This document shows positions 1 through 9,581 of a stretch of 64,000 nt of DNA, piece after piece (the first letter of the stretch is position 1; each line of letters starts with the position of its first letter). Source of the DNA: a virus; IMG/VR virus record IMGVR_UViG_3300025913_000021, positions 64,001-128,000 of that record; one strand, 5' to 3'. Below the pieces are notes generated by a model that searched no databases, had not been told where the DNA came from, and saw only the letters and a list, made by a program, of their open reading frames with translations. The position numbers and the translations under genes are program-made.

Positions 1-151
1 TCAGCGCGCACGAGCACGGCCAGCCGCTCGTCCACCACCTGATCATGGTGTTCATCGAGGACGAGGCGTGGCCGGAGCTGACCGACGCACTCGCTGCCGA
101 CGAGACGCTGCGCGAGGCGTACATCCCGTGGCTCGACGAGGAGGGACAGCC

Positions 152-481
152 GTGAGCAAGCTGAGCCCGCGCGTGCGCAAGATGTTCGACGAGCTGGACA
201 GCAACCCACACATCATCGAGCTGGCCCGGCGCGTGCACCCGACGTGGGTCGCGGCCAACGGTCACATGAACGACCTGGGTGTCGAGAAGCTGACCCGCGA
301 GATCGCACAGTGCATCGCCGCCATCGAGCACGCCCGCGAGGAGGGCGAGGACATGCGGCTGCGCTACGTCATCGGTCACGGCATCGTCGTGACCGCCGGG
401 GGCCTGGCCGAGGAGAACTACCGCGTCGCCGTCGTCGCAGGCGAGGCATTCGGACTGCGCATGCAGATGGGGGTGGAGTGA
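152..481 (+). CDS. hypothetical protein
   Basis: GTG start overlaps the upstream stop (ccGTGA) after a GAGGAGG RBS; its own stop overlaps the ligase ATG. Confidence 0.7.
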   Translation: MSKLSPRVRKMFDELDSNPHIIELARRVHPTWVAANGHMNDLGVEKLTREIAQCIAAIEHAREEGEDMRLRYVIGHGIVVTAGGLAEENYRVAVVAGEAFGLRMQMGVE

Positions 482-1491
482 TGTTCAACGTCATGCTGGC
501 CGTCAGCGCCCCGGCGACCGAGGAGACCATCGAGCGTCTCCAGGGCACGCACTTCTTCGACCTCAAGATCGACGGCGTGCGCGGCATCATGGCCGTGAAC
601 AACGGGACGGTGAAGCTCACCAACCGTAACGGCGTGGACATCACCTACCGCTACCCCGAGCTGGTCGCGGCGGCGCTGGAGAAGTTCGGAACGGACGCTC
701 GTCTGATTCTCGATGGCGAGATCGCCGCCACCGACGAGCGCAACCTGCCCAGCTTCAAGAACACCGCCAAGCGCGACCGGCAGCAGCGCAACAACGTCAT
801 CGCCGCCCTGGCCGTGAGCATGCCGGTAAACTTCTACGCCTTCGACCTGCTCTACAAGGACGGCGTGGACTTCCGACGGCAGCCGTGGTCGCAGCGCTCG
901 GCGTTCCTGGACGAGGTAATCGCGGACAGCCCGCCGCACCCGAGGATCGTGCGCAACATCGGTTCGCCCGACGGTGCTCGCATGATGGAGCTGGTCCGGC
1001 AGCACAGGCTGGAGGGTCTGGTCGCCAAGCTGAGCACCGCTCCGTACGAGGCCGGTCGCCGCAGCCAGTGGATCAAGATCAAGCCCACCGAGAGCAGCTC
1101 GTTCCTGGTGACGGGCACGACGACAGGTACCGGCTCGCGCCAGGAGACCTTCGGCGCGCTCAGCTTGGCGGTCGTTCGCGCCGACGGTACGTTGCTCCCC
1201 GTCGGCGAGGTCGGCTCCGGCTTCAAGCAGCGGGACCTGACCGAGGTGCTCGACATCCTCGCGACCGGGGCTGACCTGATCGTGGAGGTCGAGTACCAGG
1301 AGGTCACCGTGGATGGCGCGCTCCGCTTCCCGGTGTTCAAGGGCATCCGCACTGACCTCACCCGTGCCGACGCCAACGAGAGCCAGCTAGGAGCCTCATG
1401 CGTGAACTCAGCGTCGTCCTCGGCGATGTCATCGACGAGCACGTCCACTGCCGCTTCTACCTCAAGAGTGACCACGGTCGCCGGGCTCTAG
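481..1491 (+). CDS. ATP-dependent DNA ligase (adenylation + OB domain)
   Basis: Motif I K-I-D-G-V-R, LDGEI, FYAFDLL, EGLVAK, WIKIKP, VGSGF, LRFPVFKGIRTD; start chosen at ATG 481, which overlaps the upstream TGA. Confidence 0.92.
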   Translation: MFNVMLAVSAPATEETIERLQGTHFFDLKIDGVRGIMAVNNGTVKLTNRNGVDITYRYPELVAAALEKFGTDARLILDGEIAATDERNLPSFKNTAKRDRQQRNNVIAALAVSMPVNFYAFDLLYKDGVDFRRQPWSQRSAFLDEVIADSPPHPRIVRNIGSPDGARMMELVRQHRLEGLVAKLSTAPYEAGRRSQWIKIKPTESSSFLVTGTTTGTGSRQETFGALSLAVVRADGTLLPVGEVGSGFKQRDLTEVLDILATGADLIVEVEYQEVTVDGALRFPVFKGIRTDLTRADANESQLGASCVNSASSSAMSSTSTSTAASTSRVTTVAGL

Positions 1492-1634
1492 GCAGCCTGG
1501 TCGTGCACTGCACCGAACTCTGGATCATCGAGAACATGATCGAGAGCGCTGCTCGCTCAGCGGAGGTCGGCGCAGTGCTCGACTCGCTCCAGCAGGACGT
1601 GACGTACCGGATCTACACCCCAGGAGGTCCCTGA
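1398..1634 (+). CDS. hypothetical protein
   Basis: GGAG RBS then ATG; overlaps the low-complexity ligase tail; TGATG junction with the next gene. Confidence 0.6.
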   Translation: MRELSVVLGDVIDEHVHCRFYLKSDHGRRALGSLVVHCTELWIIENMIESAARSAEVGAVLDSLQQDVTYRIYTPGGP

Positions 1635-1798
1635 TGTGGCTGGTCGGGCTGCCTGACTACAGCGGCACCAAGCACGCCGTGGTCGGCCCGTTCGAGTCGG
1701 TCGAGGCTGCGCGCAAGTGGGTGATCGACAACGTGATGGGACGCGCGCACTTCATCGTGCCGCTGACCTCGCCCGTCGAGTACCGGCCGCTGACGTGA
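1634..1798 (+). CDS. small hypothetical protein (VVGPFxSxEAA motif), similar to 5126..5359
   Basis: Read by eye: MWLVGLPDYSGTKHAVVGPFESVEAARKW...; AGGAGG RBS. Confidence 0.6.
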   Translation: MWLVGLPDYSGTKHAVVGPFESVEAARKWVIDNVMGRAHFIVPLTSPVEYRPLT

Positions 1799-2193
1799 GC
1801 ACGGTCGCCACTCCGACTGACGTGAGCCTTGCGCACTGCTCGTGCAGCTCGTGCACTAGGAGGTGGAACGAGTTGAAGTTCACGCGCGGCCACACTCGCG
1901 TCAACGGCCAGTACCAGTGCCCGGGTTACCTCGACCAGGACCGGATGTGCCTGGCCCGCTTCAACACCCCGGGCGGTTTGCGTCGCCACATGAAGAAGCA
2001 GGGGCACGGCGAGCCGTACTTCCGCTACGCCCGTCACCTGTCGAAGGAGTCGCTCACCTGCCAGACCTGCGGCTTCGTGCCGTGGGAGCTGGCGGACAAC
2101 CCGCGCAAGGGACTCGTGGATCACCGACGCAAGCGGCACCGCCTGGAGTACATGCGCGAGCGCAGGCCCTACACGATCGAGGAGGAACCCTAG
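1795..2193 (+). CDS. C2H2-type zinc-finger protein; ends YTIEEEP
   Basis: CPGY...C...F...GLRRHMKKQGH and CQTC...GLVDHRRKRH. Confidence 0.7.
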   Translation: MSTVATPTDVSLAHCSCSSCTRRWNELKFTRGHTRVNGQYQCPGYLDQDRMCLARFNTPGGLRRHMKKQGHGEPYFRYARHLSKESLTCQTCGFVPWELADNPRKGLVDHRRKRHRLEYMRERRPYTIEEEP

Positions 2194-2364
2194 ATGATGT
2201 CGCAGTCGCAGTACGACCACCTCAAGGCCAACGAGGAGAAGTTCTTCGAGCTGATGAACGGCGACCACAGCCGCACGCTCGACGAGTACCTGACCGAGTA
2301 CCGCTACCGGGATCGGATCTACGACGAACTGGTTGCCGACATGGGTCTGGAGCCCGTCGAGTAG
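2194..2364 (+). CDS. small hypothetical protein
   Basis: ATG directly follows the upstream TAG; GAGGAGG RBS. Confidence 0.6.
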   Translation: MMSQSQYDHLKANEEKFFELMNGDHSRTLDEYLTEYRYRDRIYDELVADMGLEPVE

Positions 2365-2366
2365 CC

Positions 2367-2684
2367 ATGATCGAACACGGTTCCAACCCCGAGGGTCAGC
2401 ACATCGCTCGCGTCGGGCGGCTCATCCTCATCGTGGAACAGACGCCCGTCTATAACTTCGGGATCGGAGACAAGATCGGCTGGGGTGAGGACCGCGAGCA
2501 CTGGCTCGGCACCATCGTCATCAGCGAGCGAGACACGATCAGCATGGACGGGGACCTGTCCTGGCACCTGGCCTGGGTGAAGGATGGAGACCCTGCTACG
2601 AAGTACCACTGGCGGGGACGGACCACGGTTCGGGACACCCGCTGGTTTCCCGACGACGTGTACGAGATCGAAGAAGTGCCATAA
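2367..2684 (+). CDS. hypothetical protein; ends YEIEEVP
   Basis: ATG 2367 in the ORF frame ending 2684; typical codon usage. Confidence 0.65.
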   Translation: MIEHGSNPEGQHIARVGRLILIVEQTPVYNFGIGDKIGWGEDREHWLGTIVISERDTISMDGDLSWHLAWVKDGDPATKYHWRGRTTVRDTRWFPDDVYEIEEVP

Positions 2685-2749
2685 CCGAACAAGCACAGCT
2701 ACACTGACTCCACTCGCGGGGAGACCCGCCCAAGCCCAGGAGGCTCAGC

Positions 2750-3775
2750 ATGACCGTGAAGAACTACGCCGACGCCGCAGCCAAGCTGCCGGACGGCTAC
2801 TTCCTCGGCCAGATCGTGTCGTTCACGATCACCGAGGCCGACGTGAACCTGGACGATCTGCGCAAGCAGATCAACGACCTGGGTCTGCGTGACGAGACCC
2901 TCAAGAAGCGGCTCCGTCCGATCGACGCCTTCAAGAAGGCGTGCAACGACGTGGCCACGAAGTTCACCAAGACGGTGGACGCGCAGCACTCCTTCATGGT
3001 CCGGCCGGTCGGCCAGGACGCACAGGAGAGCCACCGGCACATCGTGTTCGAGCGCGCGATCTTCAAGACCGGCCAGAAGCGTCGCGTCGTGCACGACACC
3101 GTGTTGAAGCTGATCTACAACCGGGGCTACCGGGACAAGGACAGCAACGTGGTGGACGACGGCATCTACGTCGAGCCGGTGTACGTGCCGGGCCTGAGCC
3201 TCACCGCCGAGGAGCAGGGCTGGCTCGACACCCAGGTCGGCGAGGAGGGCGTGCACCTCAAGGACCGCTACGAGCACTACTCGACGCATCTGGACAGCCA
3301 CGGCGTCCGGACGTTCGTGCGCGAGTACCTCTACATGCTCGGCGCGATCAACGTGAAGGGCAACGGCGGCGGGCTGTACTTCGTGCAGCAGAAGCACGTC
3401 GAGGAGCTGCGCGACCTGGCCTCGCTCGTCAAGGGGATCGGCTCGCAGATGCACCTCATCCCGTTGCTCGACATCGTGGACCAGCGTGACATGCTGGCCG
3501 AGGCGTTCATCGCCGACACGATGGACGAGATCCGGGCGCAGTCCGTCGAGATCGGCAAGATCCTCAAGGACCCGACCCGCACCATCACCGAGGCAACCTA
3601 TGACGCCTACGCGGCGAAGGCGGCTGCGCTGATCGAGAAGGCGCGCGAGTACCACCAGTTGCTCGACCGCAACCTCGACACGGCGAACTTCGAGCTGGAC
3701 ATCTTCACGAAGAAAACGCTCAAGCTCACCAAGCGCATCCGCCGCCCGAAGTCGCTGGGCGATGGAGGTAAGTAA
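2750..3775 (+). CDS. conserved phage/MGE protein (DUF6744/DUF3150-like)
   Basis: 341 aa, AGGAGG RBS; LGxIVxFTI...DAFKKA...GGGLYFV pattern; family call from memory. Confidence 0.55.
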   Translation: MTVKNYADAAAKLPDGYFLGQIVSFTITEADVNLDDLRKQINDLGLRDETLKKRLRPIDAFKKACNDVATKFTKTVDAQHSFMVRPVGQDAQESHRHIVFERAIFKTGQKRRVVHDTVLKLIYNRGYRDKDSNVVDDGIYVEPVYVPGLSLTAEEQGWLDTQVGEEGVHLKDRYEHYSTHLDSHGVRTFVREYLYMLGAINVKGNGGGLYFVQQKHVEELRDLASLVKGIGSQMHLIPLLDIVDQRDMLAEAFIADTMDEIRAQSVEIGKILKDPTRTITEATYDAYAAKAAALIEKAREYHQLLDRNLDTANFELDIFTKKTLKLTKRIRRPKSLGDGGK

Positions 3776-3777
3776 CC

Positions 3778-4044
3778 ATGTCGAGCACCGCGTCCCGCGC
3801 GCCCGCCGATTCCGACGGGCGTGTGGGACGCCGACCTGCCCCTATCCGTAGCGACCCGCACTTGTTCCGGCGCGACAAGAACGGGATGGTCAAGCTCAAG
3901 ATCAACCTCTCGCCGGAGGAAGCAGCTCTGATCGAGGAGGCTGCCAACGGCACGCCCCTGATGGTGTACGTCCATCGCGTACTGATCGACCGCGCCCGGT
4001 TCCACGCCCGGCGCTCCATTCAAGACGCTGCTCCCGAGGAGTAG
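3778..4044 (+). CDS. small DNA-binding protein (possible ribbon-helix-helix)
   Basis: VKLKINLSPEEAALIEEAA...LMVYVHRVL strand-helix-helix pattern; GGAGG RBS. Confidence 0.45.
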   Translation: MSSTASRAPADSDGRVGRRPAPIRSDPHLFRRDKNGMVKLKINLSPEEAALIEEAANGTPLMVYVHRVLIDRARFHARRSIQDAAPEE

Positions 4045-4063
4045 CCCCGGCCCAAGGAGGCCA

Positions 4064-4627
4064 ATGGACGACATCGAGAGACTGTTCGCCGACATCACAC
4101 CGGAGGACTTCCACCGAGACACCAGTGCCATCGGAGACCTGCGACTCGGCCCGCCGCACGACGAGCTGTTCGACCGCTTCGTGGACGACCTCGTGTTCCT
4201 GGCAAAGGAACGGGCGTCCAAAGACGGTGAGTTCAACCCGTTCGCCGTGCTGCGCAGCGAGGACCGACAGCGAGTGTTCCTCGCCGACGGCGACGAGACG
4301 CCCGACGCCTGGGCCGCTCGCCTGCACCGCGAGGCGAGTGCCATGCAGGCCGTGTGGTTCTACGTCGCCCTGCTCTCACCCGGCCGCGTGTACGAGGGCG
4401 ACCGACCCGACACGATCGAGCGCACCGAGCAGGCGATCGACGCCGCTCTGGATGACGGTCGCCTCAGTCTCGGGCTCGCATGGCTGGCCGCTCGCATCGA
4501 CGGCACGACTCGCGCTGGACTGATCGACATCATGGCCGACGGCAAGCCCGGCGACTGCACCGAGGGCGCGCTCGACGCCGACGACAACCCGTTCGTGACC
4601 GTGCTGGGAGGTGACCGTGCTCTCTGA
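4064..4627 (+). CDS. hypothetical protein
   Basis: AAGGAGG RBS, 187 aa. Confidence 0.75.
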   Translation: MDDIERLFADITPEDFHRDTSAIGDLRLGPPHDELFDRFVDDLVFLAKERASKDGEFNPFAVLRSEDRQRVFLADGDETPDAWAARLHREASAMQAVWFYVALLSPGRVYEGDRPDTIERTEQAIDAALDDGRLSLGLAWLAARIDGTTRAGLIDIMADGKPGDCTEGALDADDNPFVTVLGGDRAL

Positions 4628-5129
4628 GGAGCAGGTCAGAGAGATCTTCTACGAGTACCTGCCCACGTCGATCGGCGTGATGACCATCGACCGCGACACG
4701 TTCGTGGGGCAGGCACGCAACCACCCCTACGTCGGGCTCCAGATTCAGATGGGCGTCTACACCGAGGAGAACCTGGCGCAGGACTTCCTGTCCCCGGCTC
4801 GTGCCCATCCGCAGGTCCCGCTCCAGGTGATCTGCATGGAGGTGTTCGAGGCGATCCTCGAAGGCATCCCCGACGAGATCGCGGCCGACTACGTGCGGCA
4901 CGTAGCCGCGCACGAGGCGCACCACTTCCACACCCACCACGAGCCGGTCAGTGCTGCCGACCATGCACGCAACGAGCTGTCCTGCGTGACCGCGCTCAAG
5001 GAGAAGCACCCGGAGCTGGACAAGGCCGTGCAGTACGTCGAGACCAACTCGCCGGTCTACCGACGGGTGTACGGCCGTCTGGATGAGATCAAGAAGAACC
5101 TCCAGCAAGCAGGAAGGACGAAGCAATGA
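4611..5129 (+). CDS. hypothetical protein with HExxH motif (possible zincin metallopeptidase)
   Basis: VAAHEAHHFH followed by a downstream E (RNELSC). Confidence 0.5.
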   Translation: MTVLSEEQVREIFYEYLPTSIGVMTIDRDTFVGQARNHPYVGLQIQMGVYTEENLAQDFLSPARAHPQVPLQVICMEVFEAILEGIPDEIAADYVRHVAAHEAHHFHTHHEPVSAADHARNELSCVTALKEKHPELDKAVQYVETNSPVYRRVYGRLDEIKKNLQQAGRTKQ

Positions 5130-5359
5130 GCGAACCGCATCCGCTCTACCCGGAGCGTCACGTCAAGACGATCACCGTCCGTGGCGTGGACATGCCGGGC
5201 CTGTTCACGGGCCCGGCAGCGATTTGGACGGGCGGCAGTTCTCCTCGGGTCATCGGCCCGTTCGAGGACGTGCTGGCCGCGCAGCAGTACATGGCTCGCA
5301 GCCCGCACGCCAGCACCGGCCAGGTGTTCCCCATCGACCCACCGGAGGTGACCGCGTGA
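5126..5359 (+). CDS. small hypothetical protein (VIGPFxDxxAA motif)
   Basis: ATGA overlap; shares motif with 1634..1798. Confidence 0.6.
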   Translation: MSEPHPLYPERHVKTITVRGVDMPGLFTGPAAIWTGGSSPRVIGPFEDVLAAQQYMARSPHASTGQVFPIDPPEVTA

Positions 5360-5667
5360 CCACGCACCGTGTCGCGGACGAGATCGAGACCGACGAGGAC
5401 ATGCCCAGCCCGCGCGAGCAGGTCGAGGCCCTGGCCAAGACCGGAGCGAGCGTGTCTGCGGCCTGGGTGCTCCAGAACCTGGAGGCGATCGTCGGGGACC
5501 GCTTCGACCTGCCACGGCTGGCGCTCTCACCGCTCGCTCCCGAGGACGAGTACCTGTCCAGGGAGGCGGACGAGATCGCGCGGAGGAAGGCGCGGGAGCA
5601 GGCGCTCAAGCCCGCGCCCGGGGCCAAGCCCGTTCGCAACGGCTCGAAGGACATCACCGTCACCTGA
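5356..5667 (+). CDS. hypothetical protein
   Basis: GTGA overlap, GGAGG RBS. Confidence 0.6.
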   Translation: MTTHRVADEIETDEDMPSPREQVEALAKTGASVSAAWVLQNLEAIVGDRFDLPRLALSPLAPEDEYLSREADEIARRKAREQALKPAPGAKPVRNGSKDITVT

Positions 5668-5679
5668 CGGGAGGTCACC

Positions 5680-6783
5680 ATGCACACCATGCCGATCCCG
5701 GTCATCCCGCTCTCGATGTTCGAGCCCGAGCGGGATGCACCGGGCGACACCTTCAACTCGACGTTCGTCGAGGTGCCCGATCGGATCACGGTGGAGATCG
5801 CTCCGCCGCCCGTCGAGCACTTCGTCAACTCGTCCGAGGTCGCACCGCGCTACGTCGAGAACTGGGACGCCTTCATCGGCCAGGAGGCGGTCAAGGACGA
5901 GCTGAGCGTCTACATCGACGCACACTTCACCAACTGCGAGCGCCTGCCGCACATCCTGCTCGCGGCGACGACGCCCGGTACCGGCAAGACCACGCTGGCC
6001 CGATGCATCGCCGACGAGATCGAGCAGCGCATCGTCATGCTCGTGCCGCCCTTCAAGCCGGAGGCGCTGTACGAGGCGGCGATGTCGATGAAGGAGTTCG
6101 AGATCCTGTTCGTCGATGAGCTTCACCGGCTCGGCGAGCACGGTCCCGCAGCGGCCGAGAACCTCCTGCACATGCTGGAGGAGCACGTCCTGTACCTCAA
6201 CGGCCAGGTGATCGGGCTGGAGGACTTCACCTTCATCGGTGCCACCACTGACGCTGACAAGCTGCCCGAGGCGGTGCTGGATCGGTTCCCGGTGCAGCCG
6301 TTCTTCGAGCCGTACAGCCACGCCGACATGGTGCGGATCGTGCACAACTTCTGCCGCTACTACCACGTCACGCTGCTGCCCGGCACGATGGTGACCCTGG
6401 CCAAGGCGAGCAGGGGCACGCCTCGTATCGCACGTGGCCTGGTCGAGGGTGCGAAGGCACTCCAGACGGCTCGCGGTCGTGCGGTCACGGGCGAGGAAGT
6501 CCTGGCGTGGAAGCGCTACGACCCGGACGGCATGACCCGCCAGCACAAGAACTACGTGCTGGTGCTCTACCAGCTCTGCGCTCAGCCGGGCAAGAACGGC
6601 ATCGAGTACCGGGCTGGCGAGGAGACGATCGGGACGCTGCTGCGCGAGGGCAAGCGCGGCGTCGCCCGCATCGAGCGCTTCCTCATCGAGAAGGGCTTCA
6701 TCATCAAGAGCGGTCGCGGTCGGGTGCTCACCCAGCGTGGCATCATGGCCGCTCGCCGCTACGAGCAGGAGGGATTCCGATGA
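5680..6783 (+). CDS. ruvB: RuvB-like AAA+ ATPase (Holliday-junction branch-migration helicase family)
   Basis: FIGQ, PHILL, Walker A PGTGKTTLA, Walker B LFVDELHRL, FTFIGATT, LDRF Arg finger, SRGTPRIA sensor II, C-terminal E-x-FLI-x-x-GFI...GRGR winged helix. Confidence 0.88.
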   Translation: MHTMPIPVIPLSMFEPERDAPGDTFNSTFVEVPDRITVEIAPPPVEHFVNSSEVAPRYVENWDAFIGQEAVKDELSVYIDAHFTNCERLPHILLAATTPGTGKTTLARCIADEIEQRIVMLVPPFKPEALYEAAMSMKEFEILFVDELHRLGEHGPAAAENLLHMLEEHVLYLNGQVIGLEDFTFIGATTDADKLPEAVLDRFPVQPFFEPYSHADMVRIVHNFCRYYHVTLLPGTMVTLAKASRGTPRIARGLVEGAKALQTARGRAVTGEEVLAWKRYDPDGMTRQHKNYVLVLYQLCAQPGKNGIEYRAGEETIGTLLREGKRGVARIERFLIEKGFIIKSGRGRVLTQRGIMAARRYEQEGFR

Positions 6784-7121
6784 TCGTCCAGCGCAAGGTC
6801 TGCGACCTGTGCTACCACCGCGACGGCGACGAGGGCGTGGACGCGATCGTCACGCGCACCGTGACGGTGGACAAGCGCACGGTCGAACTGGACCTGTGCG
6901 GTCCCGACGACGCCGTGCTGAGTCAGGGCGTGGCCATGTTCTTCGAGGCCGGTCGCCGGGCGCGCAGCAAGCGCCCGGCCCAGCCGAAGGAACCGCCCAC
7001 GCCGTTGCCCGTCGAGGAGCCGACCTGCTCCTGCGGACGCACCTTCGGCACGCAGCGTGGCCTGAACCGGCACATCACTGCGTGCCAGGACGGCGACGAG
7101 ATCCACCGGGTCGCTGCCTGA
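6780..7121 (+). CDS. Lsr2-like N-terminal domain fused to a C2HC zinc finger
   Basis: TVTVDKRTVELDLC...FFEAGRR resembles the Lsr2 dimerisation domain (GLDGVTYEIDLS...WVAAGRR); C-terminal CSCGRTFGTQRGLNRHITAC. Confidence 0.6.
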   Translation: MIVQRKVCDLCYHRDGDEGVDAIVTRTVTVDKRTVELDLCGPDDAVLSQGVAMFFEAGRRARSKRPAQPKEPPTPLPVEEPTCSCGRTFGTQRGLNRHITACQDGDEIHRVAA

Positions 7122-7465
7122 TGCCCCGCATCGACGAAATGTGGGCATGGGTGTCCTCGGACGAGGGCGGCGAGGGTGTCCTCGCCGCCCCGATCCCGGG
7201 GCTCGGCAACATGCCGCTGGTCGGTGCCGACCGAGCCCGCATGCTCTCCTACGCGGGCATCGCCCGGCAGATGGCGAACATGTTCGGAGTCGAGGTCAAG
7301 CTGGTCCGCTTCACGACCCGCGTGGACGTGGAACGGATCACCCCGGAGGTCGTGACGGCGGACCTGCCGCCCATGCCGGAGGGGATGCCCGCTCGCATGG
7401 AGGAAGCGATCACCAACGCCGCCCGCGAGGCGACACGGAGGGAGCACGATGAGCGCCCAGAGTGA
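7121..7465 (+). CDS. hypothetical protein
   Basis: TGATG junction; typical codon bias. Confidence 0.65.
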   Translation: MPRIDEMWAWVSSDEGGEGVLAAPIPGLGNMPLVGADRARMLSYAGIARQMANMFGVEVKLVRFTTRVDVERITPEVVTADLPPMPEGMPARMEEAITNAAREATRREHDERPE

Positions 7466-7721
7466 CAAACAGATCCGGGTCGCCGTTGCCGACGCGCAGC
7501 AGCGCCTACGGACCCTGCTCGACCGCTTCGCCCCGCCCGGTGCGAGCTGGGAGGACTACCCGTCGATGAACGCGGACTTTCTCCAGCACCTCAAGTACGA
7601 CCTCGTGAACCTGTCCCTAGCGATCGAGTCCCGCATCCAGGAACTCGCGCCGTGGGAACCGATCGAGTTCGGCACGACGTACTCGCCGATCGAGACCAAC
7701 GTCCAGGCTCCCCCGTCGTGA
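7449..7721 (+). CDS. hypothetical protein
   Basis: GGAGGGAG RBS, 90 aa. Confidence 0.6.
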   Translation: MSAQSDKQIRVAVADAQQRLRTLLDRFAPPGASWEDYPSMNADFLQHLKYDLVNLSLAIESRIQELAPWEPIEFGTTYSPIETNVQAPPS

Positions 7722-7863
7722 GCATCGAGGAGGACTGGATCAAGGAGCCATGCTCGTTCTGTGGTGCCGCTCCGAACCAGCCGTGCATGGGGCCGGGCGG
7801 TCGCCGTGCACGTGAAACCCACTCCGCCCGTGTCCTGCTAGCGAAAGCCAAGAAGGGAAACCG

Positions 7864-8631
7864 ATGAGCATCAGTTTGGAAAAGCGCGTCGAGGCCGCCG
7901 CCGTCTCGCTCCAGAAGATCGCGGCCGACAGCAAGATCGACCTCGGTGACGTGTGCGCCCAGGTCGATGTCGCGATCGACTACTCCGGCTCGATGGGTGG
8001 GCGGTACCCACACGAAGTGCAGGAGGCGGTCGAGCGGATGCTCGCGCTGACCCTCACCGGCCTGGACGACGACGGCGTGGTGCCGATCTACCCGTTCAGC
8101 AACAAGCTGCACGACGCCGACGACCTGACCGCCGCGAACTACGTCGGCTGGGTCGAGCGGTTCTGCCAGCGCAACCGCATGGGCGGCACCGCCTACGTGC
8201 CATTCCTGGAGAAGATGCTCGGCAAGAAGAAGCGCTTCGGCGGCAGCAACGAGAAGGACCAGCCGCCGTTCTTCCACATCGTGTTCACCGACGGCGAGCC
8301 GACCGACTCCAAGCGGTCGATCGAGAAGCACATCGTCGAGGCGCGCGAGCGGCCGCACTTCATCCAGTTCGTGCTGCTCGGCCGCGACCCGGAGGGCCGG
8401 GCGTACCTGGAGCACCTCAACAACCACCTCACGCAGCCGGACCCGAAGAACTGCCGCACGTGCAAGGAGCTGGGCACGCAGGCGGCAACGGCGGGCATCG
8501 ACAACGTGGGTCTGACGGTCTACGCCGACCGCCCGCCGACCGACGACACCGGCTTCTTCAACGACACCATCCGGGAGTTCTTCCTGGACTGGCTGCCCGC
8601 TGCTCGCCAGAAGGGCTACACCACGCGGTGA
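7864..8631 (+). CDS. von Willebrand factor A domain protein (TerF-vWA-like)
   Basis: MIDAS DYSGSM, GGT, VFTDGEP, LDDDG, FIQFV, IDNVG. Confidence 0.85.
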   Translation: MSISLEKRVEAAAVSLQKIAADSKIDLGDVCAQVDVAIDYSGSMGGRYPHEVQEAVERMLALTLTGLDDDGVVPIYPFSNKLHDADDLTAANYVGWVERFCQRNRMGGTAYVPFLEKMLGKKKRFGGSNEKDQPPFFHIVFTDGEPTDSKRSIEKHIVEARERPHFIQFVLLGRDPEGRAYLEHLNNHLTQPDPKNCRTCKELGTQAATAGIDNVGLTVYADRPPTDDTGFFNDTIREFFLDWLPAARQKGYTTR

Positions 8632-9017
8632 GCTGGACGGACGAGTACCGCGCCAAGGTGCGCGAGTTCATCGAGGGCAAGGGCCGGAAGGTGCAGGTCG
8701 AGGAGAAGCGCTTCGAGTGGGAGCGCGACGACGAGGCCAACGTCTACGGCTGGGTGGACTACGAAGCGCAGGACCACATCCGCGAGGGCTGCCGATGGAT
8801 CGTGCCCGAGGGTGCGGTCATGTACGAGCGCACCTACTCGCAGTTCCAGGACACCTTCACCGAGAACAGCGAGGACCACGGCGTCAACGTGCGAGGCGCT
8901 CGCTGCGCCTGCGGCAAGTACACCGACGTGATCCTGCGCTGGGACGGTTCCGTGACCGACATGCTGCACACGATCCTGGGACTTCCAACGAGCACGAACG
9001 TGGAGGTCGAGCTGTGA
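8628..9017 (+). CDS. hypothetical protein
   Basis: GTGA overlap; CACGKY. Confidence 0.65.
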   Translation: MSWTDEYRAKVREFIEGKGRKVQVEEKRFEWERDDEANVYGWVDYEAQDHIREGCRWIVPEGAVMYERTYSQFQDTFTENSEDHGVNVRGARCACGKYTDVILRWDGSVTDMLHTILGLPTSTNVEVEL

Positions 9018-9406
9018 CTGATCCATCCCTGCCCCCGCCCTACGTCCCGGTCGAGCTGACCGACGTGGAGCTGGCCTTCCCGGCACACGGGCTGCGGCTC
9101 ATGCCCGAGCGCGGCACCTTCGAACGCAAGCCCGACTGGGAGGCACTGGCCAAGAACTGGTTCGGCAACGAGGTCAAGGACATCAACCTGCTCGGCAGCC
9201 TGTTCATGGCCGAGCACGACTTCGATCCCGAGAAGGCGTGGCGTCACCTGCGGGCGATCATGGGCAGCTTCGAGCCCAAGCACGAGCACAAGATCGAGGC
9301 CGTCGGCTTCCTGCTGGGCACGTGGTTCCGGTGGTGTCAGTGGACCACCGAGGACGGCGTGCAGCACGAGGTCGGCGACAAGCGACTGCCGAAGCTGCCG
9401 GTGTAG
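9014..9406 (+). CDS. hypothetical phage protein
   Basis: GTGA overlap; SFEPKHEHKIEAVGFL motif. Confidence 0.65.
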   Translation: MTDPSLPPPYVPVELTDVELAFPAHGLRLMPERGTFERKPDWEALAKNWFGNEVKDINLLGSLFMAEHDFDPEKAWRHLRAIMGSFEPKHEHKIEAVGFLLGTWFRWCQWTTEDGVQHEVGDKRLPKLPV

Positions 9407-9581
9407 CGATGCACATCGCAGGCGAGTGGGGCACGAAGATCAACCTGCACGACACCGAGCATGACGTGGAGCTGGGGTTCGTCGAACCGCAGTGCCCCAC
9501 TCGCCTGTACCGGATCTCCTACCGCGACGCGGAGCAACTGCGCGACGCGCTCGACACGATCCTCACCAACCGAAGGAAGCC

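Noticed and set aside
1398-1491. Ser/Thr-rich ligase tail as a functional domain
   Set aside because: It is the alternative-frame reading of the overlapping next gene and probably reflects stop-codon drift
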